Shown piece after piece: positions 24,868-38,430 of a DNA stretch of 64,000 nucleotides (positions within the stretch are counted from its first letter, which is position 1; each line of letters opens with the position of its first letter). The notes beneath the pieces were generated by a model. That model saw only the letters and a program-made list of their open reading frames with translations, was not told the DNA's origin and made no database searches. This stretch comes from Podarcis cretensis (taxonomy: Eukaryota). Both the position numbers and the translations under genes were made by a program. The stretch is taken from contig OX638149.1 in assembly GCA_951804945.1 (NCBI GenBank), positions 113,584,001 through 113,648,000 on the forward strand. Direction: 5' to 3'.

Positions 24868-25114
24868 AAATCTGAAGACCAGACTTGGTTCCCCACAACT
24901 AATATTCATATCCTTCATGAATCTCTATGGTTCTTTTGGAGGGTCAAGTTAACCTTCATGTCATATGGCATCCTTACTGGCACAAATCATTTAATCAAAT
25001 CCCCGCATTCCTCAAATCCACCCACACAGCCCTAGGAAAGATTTGACACTTCTCTTCCTGGATTGTCTCAAACCACATTTTCTCTTTCATCCAAACGTGA
25101 CAAACATAGCCTTC

Positions 25115-25799
25115 TGATTGCGTGTTCAGACCTTTAAACCTCCCCCTTAAATAAATTCAGACAAGATTCAAATTTTGTTTGGTTTTTGGTAGAATTTAGG
25201 GCACAACTTTATTGATTACAGCAAGTGAGTGGTTGCATAGGCTCTGGTTCGACTAGCTCCCTGCACCGTTGCAGGCAGCACTGACCCAAGGCACCAGCGA
25301 AGGTCAGCCTAGGGTGAACACCTGGATAAGCGGAAAGCCAGGAACAGGCTATCTCCGCCACCCAAATGCCCCCCAGGACTCAGGCACGGGCACAACCCCC
25401 TCTCAGGGGTTGACCAAACCAGCTGAGTCCCTGGATTCCTTTAACGGAATACCCTTCACATAGGGATGGCGAGAGCATTCTCCCATCCCTATCACCTGAA
25501 CCAGAGCCTATCCGCAACCTTACAAGTTGTGACGATTTGCTACGCAGCAGGCAAAACCCAAATGGCAGCAGCCAATCAGCCATGGGGAAAATTCCTGCTG
25601 TGCCCCTGTCCCGACAGATGACACACGACGGCATAGCAAGGTCAAGCGTGCAGCCCGATGCACACACCGAAAGAGAAAGCTCTGGGTCACGTGCATAGGT
25701 ATATATAGGTCCCTTGATCCGTTTAGCTTCCGTCCCATTGGCCTGATTGACTCCAGCATCAAGTGGACCTACCAATTGGGTGTTGTGGCTATACAATCA
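25115..25799 (-). mobile_element. Probable solo LTR
   Basis: On the minus strand, CCAAT boxes, TATATATA (about 25700) and AATAAA (25208-25213) occur in LTR order; short inverted termini TGATTG/CAATCA; no clear TSD. Confidence 0.55.
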
Positions 25800-25859
25800 A
25801 CCCACCCACAACACAGGGTTTGGTTGCCAGGTCTCACTGCAACACGTGCCCTCTTTAAG

Positions 25860-26030
25860 GGAGGAACTGCTATACCAGTTCCTGGAAACCACAGGAAGGA
25901 AGAATGTTGTTGCGCTTTGGTCCTGTTTAGGCACATCCCATAGGTTTCTGGTTGGCCACTGTGAGAACAGGATGCTGCACTAGATGGGCCATTGGGCCTT
26001 ATCTAGCAGGCTTTTCTTATATTCTTATTA
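25860..26030 (+). mobile_element. CR1-type 3' end (second subfamily)
   Basis: CTGGTTGGCCACTGTGAGAACAGGATGCTG..CTAGATGGGCC tail; relatives at about 61820-62030 and 27545-27740 (minus). Confidence 0.65.
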
Positions 26031-27544
26031 TGGGCAGTATTGGCGTAGCACTGCTGTAAAGAAAAGGTTGAATTTGAAGGATGGATGTAGTGAACTGGAG
26101 CTGTTCTTTGGGGCCTAGACAGACAAATTATTTAAATGAGACCCAATCCTGACATGGAAATTAAGGGTGTGCCTTAGTTTCCTATCAAGCAAAAGAATAA
26201 TTACTGTAGGGCTCATTAATTTGTTGCCGTTTTGAGGAAGGCACCAAATTAGCTAGCAGATATTCAAAAGATTTGTGTGGGGCTTGTGAAGATGCTTCTC
26301 TCTATCTTTGCTGATGACATTAAGCAAAAGGGGGGGGAGTTACGGTAATATTTTTACATCTGCTCGTTTAGATTTATGACAGAGCTGTTCTGCTATCACA
26401 GCACTTACTATAGCATGGTAATTTTAATCCACTACTGTCAAAGTGCCCAAAAATGATGCTGCTTTAAAAAGAGTTATTAGGAATGTGTGAGCCAGCAGAA
26501 AAAAAACATTTGTCAGATTGGAAAACCCATTCAAACAATTTATTACATCAGCAACTAATTCATGCCTCTCCGCTAGAGTAAAGCAAGCCTTAGAAAGTGT
26601 TTAGGAAATTGTGTGTGCCTACAACACGTGATTGATACTCACATTTTTATTTGTTCACATAGGAGGCTGAAAATATATGAGAATACTAATGGGGAGTAAA
26701 CTCAGCTCCTATTTAACCACAAAAGAATGGCTATATTTATGTCATAGCTTATATGTCAGAAAAGTTAATATTTCATTGGGAAGCTAGCTCACTTTGTTTC
26801 AAAAAATATTTCTCCCATCTTAAGAGGAAGGTTTGCTTAAATTGCCTATTGTTCTTCATGGGTAAGTCCTTCAAATATGTGTCCTTGTCTGAGGGACACA
26901 TATTGAATATTTCTCTCTCACATACACAAAATGCCCAACCTCAGCCCCTGCACCAGCAACTGGATGATAAAAAAAAAAGGATGTGTTGACCTTTAAGAAA
27001 CCATCCTAATTATCTCAAGGTGCAAGAGATAATGGCATTTATTTGTCTGAAACCTTTTGTTGTCTTCTCAGGGGAAAAGCTGGGTTTTGCAGGATTTGCT
27101 GGTGGAAGATCTTGTTATCTGGGGAAAAAAGTGACTCAGTTCCCTAAATGAAGGTAGGGGTCATCCTTCCCTTAATGCATTACTCCACATGGTGCTTGAG
27201 AGAAGAGAGTCTGGTTCTTTTATGCTTATCATGTCCGGGTGGGTGGGAACCTGCTGATAAATAGAAAATCTCTTATCTTAAAAGCTGCACTGTCAGGAAG
27301 GAGACGGGTACCAATTCTCTTTTCAGACTGCACTTACTCCAAAGCCATTGCATTCACTTCTCTGGAGATCATTTTGATTTTGTTTTTTTGTTTTTTTTAA
27401 AGGCCTCCGGTAGTATATTGAATCCCTTGCTTTGTCAGAAGAATAGAGCTTTTGGAACTGGGCAGGTTCATGGGGAGAAAAATATAGACTTATACACAGG
27501 TCTGTCAGAGCATGGTGGTGGGACTCCAGATGTTGTTGGACTTG

Positions 27545-28397
27545 TCAGAACATGAGAAGAGCCTACTGGATCAAGCCAATGGCCCTTCTAACCCAATATC
27601 CAGTTCTCACAGCAGCCAAGCAGGTGCCTATGGAAAACTGGCAAGCAGTCTCTGAGCACAAGGGAACTCTCCCGTCTTGCAGTTTCCAGCAATTGGTATT
27701 AAGAAGAAGAACATAGCCCCATTATGGCTAGTAGATCTTGCAGGATGCGCTGTGGTCTAAACCACTGAGCCTCTTGGGCTTGCTGATCAGAAGGTCGGTG
27801 GTTCGAATCCCCACAACAGGGTGAACTCCCATTGCTCTGTCCCAGCTCCTGCCAACCTAGCAGTTCAAAAGCACACCAGTGCAAGTAGATATATAGGTAC
27901 TACTGTGGCGGGAAGGTAAACGGCATTTCCATGTGCTCTGGTTTCAATCACGGTGTCTTGTTGCACCAGAAGTGGTTTAGTCCTGCTGGCCACATGACCT
28001 GGAAAGCTGTCTGTGGAGAGACACTGGATCCCTCGGCCTGAAAGAGAGATGAGCGCCACAACTGCATAGTCGCCTTTGACTGGACATAACAATTCAAGGG
28101 TCCTTTACCTTTTTTCCTATGTAGACATTGACAGCTTGATCCTCCATGAGTTTGCCCATTCCCCTTGGGAACGAGTTTCATTGTTTAACTATGAGTAGTG
28201 CAAAGAAGTACAACTCGTCTTTATCTTCCAACGTTCAGCTTCATTGGAGGCCCACTAGTTCTAGTGTTATGACAGGGGGAGAAAAAACTTTCTCCATCCA
28301 CTTTCTGTGTGCCATGAATAATTATATAAAATTCTAGGATGCCACTTCAAATTCACCTTTCCTCTAAAGCCTCAAATGTAGCAACCTTTCCTCAACG

Positions 28398-28429
<32 letters not shown>

Positions 28430-28580
28430 CCATTCCTATGGATAATTTTGGCTTTTCTTTTCTTTTCTGACTCTACAATATCCTTTTTGAGGTCAGGCAG
28501 CCAGAACTGTACACAGTATTCCAAATGCAGTGGCACAATAGATTTGTATAACAGCATTACGACGTTGGCAGCTTAATTTT
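27545..28580 (-). mobile_element. CR1 LINE 3' fragment interrupted by a Sauria SINE and a (TG)n run
   Basis: Encodes LLYKSIVPLHLEYCVQFWLPDLKKDI, the classic CR1 ORF2 C-terminal motif. Confidence 0.8.
27746..28112 (+). mobile_element. Sauria SINE (older/different subfamily) nested in CR1
   Basis: GCTGTGGTCTAAACCACTGAGCC head, GGTTCGAATCCC box B, CCTTTACCTTT tail. Confidence 0.9.
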
Positions 28581-29464
28581 CTCTTCCTTTCCATTCTCTC
28601 CTTTCTATGAGAGCTTCGCTGAGGTGGAAAGTACAGGGTCGAAAGGCTGAAAATGAAGGAATGAATTAAAAGATGAATGAAGAAAATGGCAGCTTCTAAA
28701 AACATGCGTGGGTAGAAATCGGTCAATTACAGAAGGTTCCCAGGGTCAGATTTTGAAACCCAGAGTGGAATTCAATATTGTGCTAAGTGTGGTATGTACA
28801 TGGAGGACAAAGTGTCCTTGCACAACATGATTTCCCCCTCCCTCCTCTACCTGTGCTTCCTATAAACTTGTTCTGGGACCTTAAGTACACTTGGAGAAGT
28901 CTGAGAGCGAAGGCAGCAGGAAGTCCCATTCTGCAAGGAGATGTTGTTCCACACACATAGCAACGCAGTTGACTCCTGCCCTCAGTGTCCAGCTCTTCAA
29001 TTTTTAGAATCTGCCTACAACTTGTGGCTCTCTGAGGATTTTGTAATAAGTCAATGGAGGCCTGTTACAACTGCATCTGCAAAGTTTTAGGGAATGTGCA
29101 TACCATAAAATACTTTAAAGCACACGACTTCCCCTAGACAATCCTGGGACCTGTAGTTACCCTGTCACAGAGCTATAATTCCTAGCATCCTTTATAAACT
29201 GCAGTGACCAGGATTCAGGGAGGGGATGCTTTCAGTGTGTGAGGTGTATGAAGCCCACATTTTTCAAAGCGGAGGGTATTAGCTGAAAAACGAAAGTCCG
29301 TTGAAGGTGCTTTTATTAAGGATAAAAAACAGAAGAATTAGACTGCATCTCTCAGCTCTTATATACGATTTTTGATTGCCTGTTGCAACATTCACTTTTG
29401 TATGTTTTGAATTTGTGCATTGCTTTATTGTCTTAGGTGATACTCCCACAAGAGGTGCTGGACT

Positions 29465-29580
29465 TGGAGTTTTTTAAGCAGAGCTTGGATGGCTATCTGA
29501 CATGGATGCTTTCGCTGAGATTCCTGCATTGCAAGGGGTTGGACTAGATGACCCTCGGGTCCCTTCCAAGTCTATTATTT
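29465..29580 (+). mobile_element. CR1 3' terminal fragment
   Basis: TTCCTGCATTGCAAGGGGTTGGACTAGATGACCCTCGGGTCCCTTCCAA. Confidence 0.75.
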
Positions 29581-31339
29581 TACGTACAATCCAGCTCTTT
29601 TTTTGGATTCTTCCCCAGGTGGAGAATTTCTCCCTTCCTACCTTCCACCCCATGCACACAAAGAAGCACAATTGCATTTGCAAGTATGTTGTTGGAGGTA
29701 AAGCATATACACCTGTTTCCCTTCACTGGTTTCCTCCCTTGCTTTGGATCAAGTTAAACATTTCTTCTCTTAACCTTTACATCTCTTCATGACCTTACCC
29801 CCTTCTTATCTATAATCTCCATTGCTTTCTCTCTGCTCTCCTCTTCTGTCCCTCTGCTGATCAAACACTAATCTTCTCCTCTGCTATTTCTTGTCTCCAT
29901 CCTTGGGGCCCCTGAAGTATGAAACTCTGTTCCTTGAAATAATTGGCTGGCCTTTTCTTTGTCTCACTTAAGGAACTTATTCAAAACTCATATTCCTCTC
30001 CGCTTGTTTTCTCTGGATAATCTACGTGGATTTTTTGTTTACTTGGTAGCCTCTCCCAAATTCCTGGGTAACTTATTGTATTCTTTAACTTGCCTTCTTT
30101 ACTTTTAAAGTCTCTCCTGGTTTGATATTGTACTCCCCTTATTCCCCCCGCCATCTTGTGAATTTTAGAAGGTGAGCCTGCAGGTGCCAACATGCTGCCT
30201 TCCAGATATTTTGGATTACAACTCTCACTTGGATTACAATGGCAGTGCCGACTGCGTCTGGTGGGAGTTGTTGTCCAAAACATTTTGAGGGGGCAAGGTT
30301 GGTGAAGGCTGCTGGAGGCAATAAAAAGCCTAATTTGTTTGTATTTTTAAATTTTCTGTACAGGGTCTGGAGCATATTAATTAGGTGCTTTATAAAAAAA
30401 ATAGATAATTATTTATTCATCAATAAACAAACCTCCCCCACAGAACAACTGCATTTATAAAAACAATGAGATATATAAAACCCTTTGAGAAACAACAACA
30501 GCTGCAGCAGCACACATATAAAAAAAATTAATTTGGATCCAATACTGAGACCACCACCATCATGCTGTGGAGGAGAGTCCTAGAATAATTATTGCGTGTT
30601 GGTCTTCACACATGAATATCTAAACCAGGGTAGGGGAAGTTTGCCCCTTCCCAATCCAGATTTTGTTTGACTACAACTCCCATTATCCATAACCACCGAC
30701 CATATTGGCTCTGGCTGATGGGAGCTGTAGTCCAGACACAGTTGGAAGGCCACCTGTTGCTCCTTCTTGATCTGAAGAAATGCAAGGACGGAAATTTTAA
30801 TATTTTTAAAATGTAACATTTAAAATAACCTGCTATGATTCATTACAATAGGGCTGGAAGAAATTTGAAGAAATGAAGGATGGAGAGCTACCAATCTTTC
30901 CTCCCACTTTATATGAAATGGGAAAGGGTGACATTCTGGCTCAAACACACAAGTACAGACATTGATTTCTCTCCATTCTTCAGCATCCTATAATCTCGGT
31001 GCTTCACGTTCCAGTCTGTAAAAGTGCCACAAGACATGAGCTTCTTCTTGTGATACTTAATTCCTACAGAAAAAAACGCCTTGTAAACAAAAGGCATTTG
31101 TTGTTACCTAATGATACATTGGGATAATGGAGAAGAATAACTCAATGGGGATAGATTGAAAGTTTAATTAAAGGATTACAAGACCAAAGAAATCATAGAC
31201 TCACAGGCTCATCATTATGCTGGAGAGACTGGATAACTAACTTGCTGAGGCAATTTTGAAGTAAGGTGCATCTAATGCAAGCTGGCTGATATGCATTTGT
31301 ACCCTCTCTGAACCAATTCTACTTCAGAATATCATTATC

Positions 31340-31760
31340 ATTATTTGTCATTATTTGTCAAATTTCTATACTGCCCTTCATCTGAGGATCACAGGGCAAT
31401 TTACAACATAAAACCAAACAAAATACCGTACATACCATAGTAACAAACAAAAACAATACTCCTTCCACACACACAGTTTAAAAGGCCATAGGTTGTTAAA
31501 TTAGCCAAAAGCCTGGGAGAAGAGGAATGTATTTGCCTGGCACCTAAGGATATGTAACAAAGATGCCAGGGGAGCCTCCCTGGGGAGAGCATTTCACAAG
31601 CGAGGAGCCACCACAAAAAAGGCCAGTTATTGTGTTGCTGCTCTCTGGACATATTGTGGAGGACGCACATGAAGAAGTGCCTCAGATGATGACTGCAGGG
31701 TCTGGGGCAGTTCATATGGGGAGAGGCGGTCCTTGAGGTATTGCAGTCCTGAGCTGTATC
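31340..31760 (-). mobile_element. L2 LINE 3' fragment (second subfamily)
   Basis: Encodes YLKDRLSPYELPQTLQSSSEALL plus a downstream RAFSVVAP-like remnant. Confidence 0.75.
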
Positions 31761-32141
31761 CGTTAGGAGAGGACATGTTGCTTATCAAAAGAAATAAGCA
31801 GAAAGCTGCTACACCTTGGATATACCCTAAATCACAAGCTAATCTAGTTTCCATAACTGACCAAGCAAGCACATTTTTTGATATATACCAAACTGAGGGA
31901 TTTCTAATATTATCCTAATATTAATATTACCCTTTTCTGAGGTGGAAGCAGTCCTTTACACTAGGCTTGAGATGTCAAGACTGGTGACTAGTAACCTGGT
32001 TTTGGATGGCATTTGAAAGGTTAAATACAAACTGACTAATGTAGGAAAAGTTCCAGTCTCAATCCATGCATGTGATACAGTTCAAGAGCCCTGATGTCCA
32101 GGAAAATAGAAATGTTTACTCTCCCTGTATTCTTCAGATAC

Positions 32142-32172
<31 letters not shown>

Positions 32173-32844
32173 TAAACCCCGCCCATCTGGCTGGGTTTCC
32201 CCAGATGGCCTTTACTTAGGAGTGACACGAAATTCTAAAAATGCAAAGCACATGAACAGCTTGGGTTGCTAGCTGCTAGTCTTGACATCTCAAAGCTAGT
32301 GTAAAGGACTACTGTAGCTTGTCTTGGCTGCTGTCAGAGCCTTCTTAAAATCATCTAAATTTGAATCAAGTCTGGCACCTAGTGGCCACATGTGGAAAAT
32401 GATATCTCAGAGGACCAAATTAGATGTATCGGTTGCAGTTCCACATAAGTCACATAGAAAATTAAGGTGTGTGTGGAGCAAAGGGATCTGATTTAAAAGC
32501 AAAAAGAGGTGAGGAGCGTAGAACTCTCTGTTATTTCACTACCGCTTCTTTCTATAAGCACTTTACTCCCCGCCCACCTAAGCTTAGATAACAGTTGTGA
32601 TCTTAGCTGGGCAAAAAGCATTTTGGGAAGGGGAGAGTTACCAATGGATCACTGCGTAACCACCTAGGTTATTTTGTAATCCCATTTGCTCCGAACACTG
32701 AAGGAAAGGAGAGGAAACCTTTTGACAGGTTTGCAAAAAAACAAAACAAAAAACAGAGACAGATCAAAATGGGGAAAAATAATAAAACGTATATATTTCA
32801 GAGATGTTAAGAAATGGATGGAGTCTTTCATGGCGCTATGGTCT

Positions 32845-33215
32845 CATATGGTAGAGTTGGGAGGGACTTTGAGGGTCATCTAGTCCAACCCCCTGCAATG
32901 TAGGTATCTTAACTAAAGTATCCATGACAGGTGCCATCCAATTTTTGTTTAAAAATCTCCAAGAAAGGAGAGTCCACAACCTCCCAAGGGAGCCCGTTCC
33001 AATGTCGAACAGCTCTGTCAGAAAGTTACTCCTGATTTTTAGTTGGAATCTCCTTTCTTGTAACTTGAATGAATTCCTTAGTTCACATCCCATCCTCCAG
33101 AGCAGGAGAAAGCAAGTTTGCTCCATCTTCCACGTGTCAGCCCTTGAGATATTTGAAGATGGCTATCATATCTCCTCTCATTCTCTTCTTTCCCAGGCTA
33201 AACGTACCCAACTCC
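32845..33215 (-). mobile_element. CR1 LINE 3' fragment
   Basis: Encodes RNSFKLQERRFQLKIRSNFLT (CR1 ORF2 end) plus the CR1 tail. Confidence 0.85.
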
Positions 33216-33834
33216 CTCTGTTAGGAATGTTGGAGAATTATGACAGAAACTTAAATGGATGCAGAAATTCCTACTTTCCGCATATTTCCTGGGCTGGATT
33301 TACTTCATGTGAATCTATATATAAAAAAAGTAAAGATGTCATCGCACAGCCCTCATTGGAGTATTTGTAGAGCCAGGTCACAATCTTGGATTTGCATGAA
33401 GTCAAGGCAGGGTAGGAGAGCAAAAGTTAAGAGAGGTTGCACAACAGCAGTGGCCATGGCATGGAAGTGAGAAGACCACTGAGAGGAGGAAAGTGGTGCT
33501 TTAAAACAAGAGTATGTTGAATAAAGCAGGGTTGGAAGGAACTGAGAGGAATATGCCAGTTTTAAACAATGGCAAACATTTGAGTAAAGTACTGTGGAGT
33601 ATTTGATAGCTATGCATCCTTTATCTCACAACTGAGCAATGGAAGAGGGAGATGTTAAGAGTATGTTGAGAAGGATTGGACACTGAAATGTGGCTATTTT
33701 AAACAACGGCAGGCTTTTGAGTAAAGCGAGCAATGATTTGTAAGAGGGGAGTGGCAACTAGAACAAAATTTGAGTACAGCAAGAAAGGACTTTGTCAGGG
33801 CAACCCAGTCAGATGAGCGGCATATAATTATTTA

Positions 33835-33877
<43 letters not shown>

Positions 33878-35534
33878 TCTGCTTGTTAAAACTAGTTTGT
33901 TTGTGTTTTAAAAACAACCCTGCAGTGTACCTCAGTCCCTCTTTACTCAGACCTCTGCCTTTTTAAAAACACACACACACACACACACACACATACATTT
34001 CTCCCCTCAGTGGTACTCCACCCCCACCTTATTCCCACCACTTCCTCTTGCATCATAGTTTTCAGCTTTTTTTTACACCTCACAACCTGCTTCTTTGCTG
34101 CCAGGATCTGTAAGCAAAAAACCTATTCATCCCCCCCCCCCCCCCCCGCTACACACACATACAAATGTATCAGTTCTGCAGTGTGGGTTGCCATGCAGTT
34201 GCTAAGGCTTGAACTGTTATCTCCAAGGTTACTGCCAGCATAATTGCAAGGCTTTATTATACAAAGGTCTCACGCAAGTTGGGTTAAAGATGCTTAAATT
34301 AAAAAAATATATGAAAGGATGTAACAAGAAGTTTGATGTGTTTTAAAAGCACTATACGTAAAATAACAAAACAACAACAAAAAACACCAATGCGTATATC
34401 GTAAGCATAAATATCTTGAGCAAGAATTGCCTTTCTAGGTTGCCAAATACACAAGTTGGTCACAGTGCTTCTGCCCTGGATGGGATTGCACCCTCTGGGA
34501 AGGAGTGGTTTGGGAATTCTCCTGGATTCAACACTTGTTACTGGAGACTTGGGCAAAATGCTCCTGAAACAACTAATAATTACTGTGTTCCCTGCGACTT
34601 TCTGATACTTCATTTTGTGTTAAAACGATTAAAATGAATCATTTGCTGTGTTTAATGCAACACTGCGGAAAGTACATTATTAAAAGTCAGCAGATACACA
34701 TATATGAATAGCTGCTAAAGCTTGGATAGCTGCCTAGCTTTAGCTATAATGTTATTTAATGGAGTGCCTCATTATGAAGCAATGCCTTAGGCTGCTTACA
34801 GTTGAATTATGCATTTCATGTAGCAACATATCAGTATGTCAGACTTCTGGCATTCCTGTTTTTTTGTTAAAGTTTTTCAACATCATTAGAGATGGATGAG
34901 TAGCTTGGAAAGGCTCCAGGCCTTTGCAGGTCCACCGGCATATTCTTCGCAAATGCTTTGGTTGTGTTGAGCAAACACATCTACGTGAGTAAGAAAAAGC
35001 TTATAGACCTGAATAGCTTTTGACCCCATGAAGCTCTGAACCTTGATGACAGCATCTCGGCAGTCATCTCAGTCATGAATACTGCTGTACTTACTCAATT
35101 CTGCATTGATGGATATCCTAGGAAGACAGAGATAGATAGATGATCGATAGATAAATAGAGATAGAGATAGAGATAGAGAGATGATAGATAGTCATTTTCA
35201 GCAATCAGAAGAGTCATTTACCGCAGTGTCACTTTTTACAATAGTAGAAGAAATGAATGAAAATGGTTTAAAGAAACTTTAAGGAAGAAGAAATAGGGGA
35301 GGGCAGATCCTCAGGCCAGAGAGAGAGAGAGAGAGAGAAAGAGGGGGGGGGGAGCTTGGGGCACAGGTGTGGCATCATTCAAGTGAATCACTTTTGTTAA
35401 TAAATGGGATAAATGGATACCAAATCATGATAAATTTATCAGTTTTGATTTTCTCCCATGCCTTTCTTCTTTCCTGGGTCAGCTTTCATACAAGGCTAGT
35501 TGACAAACTCTTTTGTACCAATATGATAGCTGTA

Positions 35535-35870
35535 TACCTGAAGGAGCATCCCCACCTCCATCGTCCAGCCTAGACACTGAGGTCCAGCTCCGAGGGCCTT
35601 CTGGTGGTTCCCTCACTGTGAGACATGAAGTTACAGGGAACCAGGCAGAGGGCCTTCTCAGCAGTGTAGCCCTCCCTGTGGAATGCCCTCCCATCAGATG
35701 TCAAAGAGATAAACAACTATTTGACTTTTAGAAGACATCTGAAGGCAGACCTGTTTCTGGAAGTTTTTAATGGCTGATGTTGTATTGTGTTTTTAATATT
35801 TTCTTGGGGGCCACCCAGAGCGGCTGGGGGAACCCAGTCAGATGGGTGGCATATAAATAAAATTCTTATT
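35535..35870 (+). mobile_element. L2 LINE 3' fragment
   Basis: Near-identical to the 10859-11200 family. Confidence 0.85.
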
Positions 35871-36077
35871 CCTATTCTTATTCTTACTTAAGGGAGAGAT
35901 GTTCTGCTCCTCTCCAGTTCCTGGGAATTTCTAGCCGTATCTCCACAAGGAACTTCATGACCAGCAGTTTGTAGTAGTTAGGTACAGTACATCCACTCTA
36001 AATACTGAGAGGAGAGCTAAAGTTAATTCAAGAATAAGCACTCCATTGGTCAGGAACAATGTGGGCTATAGTCCAAT

Positions 36078-36330
36078 GAAGAAGAGAAGAAGAAGGGTTT
36101 GGATTTGATATCCTGCTTTATCACTACCCGAAGGAGTCACAAAGCGGCCAACATTCTCCTTTCCCTTCCTCCCCCACAACAAACACTCTGTGAGGTGAGT
36201 GGGGCTGAGAGACTTCAGAGAAGTGTGACTAGCCCAAGGTCACCCAGCGGCTGCATGTGGAGGAGCGGGGAATCAAACCCAGTTCACCAGATTACGAGTC
36301 TACCACTCTTAACCACTATACCACACTGAC
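36078..36330 (-). mobile_element. Squam3-like (tRNA/CORE-type) SINE
   Basis: Head CAGTGTGGTATAGTGGTTAAGAG on the minus strand and (CTT)n tail; highly similar copy at 41994-42237. Confidence 0.85.
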
Positions 36331-37029
36331 TTCTGGAGGCCACCATATTGGCTAGCCCTGAACTGGATGGGCCCATGATCAGATCCAACAGAGATCTTCT
36401 TATTTAAATTCCTTAACAACATAGCCTGTTACGTACAAGTTACAGGAGTAATTCAAAGAAGGTGTGCCTTGGGCCACCGTTCTAATCATTCTTACCTGGA
36501 AGCCTGCTGCATTTAAATCACCAGACATCGTTTCCAAAGTATGTTAACACTGAGGGCAAGGCAAGCGACTGCATGCACGCTTTAACCTCAGCCTGCAGGT
36601 ACAAAAAATGCACACTAAATGCCAAGGTTGGGTCATGGTTTTTTGCCATCTGCCCTGCAAATCACTGCCAGGTTCAATGGTCAAAAAACTGTCCCGAGGC
36701 CATGAAATACTACAAATAACATTTTGTTTACTTATAGTCCACAGCATGCACATCCCCAGAGAGGTTCTTCTGGCACCAAGTTTCTTGAAATCCTTTTTGT
36801 TTCTCCGGTTGCTTTTTGCCAGTGGATTTAATTCTGTTTTTCATCTGCCTATGATGCTGCTGGGGAAAGGCTGTAACCTGTTATATTTTTCTAGAAAAGG
36901 AAGTGCCAGATCTCCTCATGAATGCCTCCCTTGTTCTCTTATAAATAGGTAAAAAATATGTAATGGCAATGGCGCCCACCTGAAAGGTGCTGGAACTGAG
37001 TTCTGGTGGATTCTGGCTGAAAAAAGCTC

Positions 37030-37220
37030 TGGCTGCAACTCAGTGGTAGAGCATCTGAGCTGAATGCAGAATGTCCCAGTTTCAATCCCCAGCCTTTCCA
37101 AGTAGAACTGGGAGAAACTTGAGACTGACAATCCTGAAAAGTGGCTGCCAGTCCGTGTAGACAGTACTGAGCTAGATAGAACAATGGTCTGCCTTAGTAT
37201 AAGGCATCTTCCAATGCTTC
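37030..37220 (+). mobile_element. tRNA-derived SINE with CR1-like tail
   Basis: CTCAGTGGTAGAGCATCTG...TTCAATCCCCAGC head; CAGTCCGTGTAGACAGTACTGAGCTAGAT body; a split copy lies at 19470-19526 plus 20150-20275. Confidence 0.75.
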
Positions 37221-38430
37221 TTTGTTATGTTTTGTCAAACTTTCTGTTTTGGGTTGTTTAATTCTTTGTTTTTTGTTTTAGCATTATATTATGAGCTGCT
37301 CTGCGAATCTTTGCATTGAAGAGGACGGAATGAAATAAATACATAAATAAATGGATGCCAAACTAACTGACTTTTTCCTGGTTTTTCCCTGTTGTGCTGT
37401 GTTTGTCATCATCATCATCATCATCATCAATTTTATTTCCATTAATTTGCTTCCTAGGAAAATCCCAATTTTTGAATAAAAACATAAACAAAATATATGT
37501 ATAGGATGATCTCAGATAGAGAACGATGTAAACAAATTCATATAAAAACATTATTTAATTCAATACAGAGGCAGACTGAAAATGATTGTTAAAATGATTG
37601 TTATTACTATTTTTATTATTAATATACAAGTAAAAAGAAGTCGTTAGGTCAAATAAAAAATATCAATTTAATTTTCTGTGTAACTACAGAAAATCTTAAA
37701 ATTACACATGCATTCCCCTTACTTCAGCACTTAAAAGTATATTTCAAGTTGCGGGTTATATACGATATATCATTTCAGGCAGCTACAAGTCTGTAAATGC
37801 CCGATGTAGCATGCAACATGTCACATACCAGGAATTCTAGTGAGAATGTTGTCATGTGTTATGTGCACTTGGCCATAAAACTTGCGAGAAATCTGCTAAG
37901 CCACCCAAGCAAGAAAGCAGCTGGGCAAAATAAAATTTTGTCCCGAGGCAAAACAGAACTGCTTCATGATAAGAACACCATGCAGCTAAGAAGTTGCTAC
38001 TAAATAAATATGCACACACACACACATACAAAGGCATGAGTAACAAATGATAATTTAGGTAGGGGGATTTCTTGCTTCTTACAGATCCGTATCCGAGTTT
38101 AACATGTTTCTTTTTGGGGAAAGCATTGCTGCATTGTTCTGTCTAGTCCCTCTTCAGCCAGCAACAGAACTTATTTCTCTATCTCTATCTCTCATTTTTT
38201 AAGAAGCGCACTTCTTTTGAAAACTTTAAGGATTCAGTCGTGCTGTTTTTCTTTTCTTTTTTGTAAGGTTGTCCTAGGCTTGAACCCAGATCCAGATAGA
38301 CTACTGAACTGTGATTTCTGCAGTAATTTTGCTATCTGGGGGAAATGCAAGCAGGAAACTCCTCTCACAACATTTCAAGGGAAATGGGGTGATACACTGG
38401 CTAATTATTGGGGGATAATAAACATGGAAA

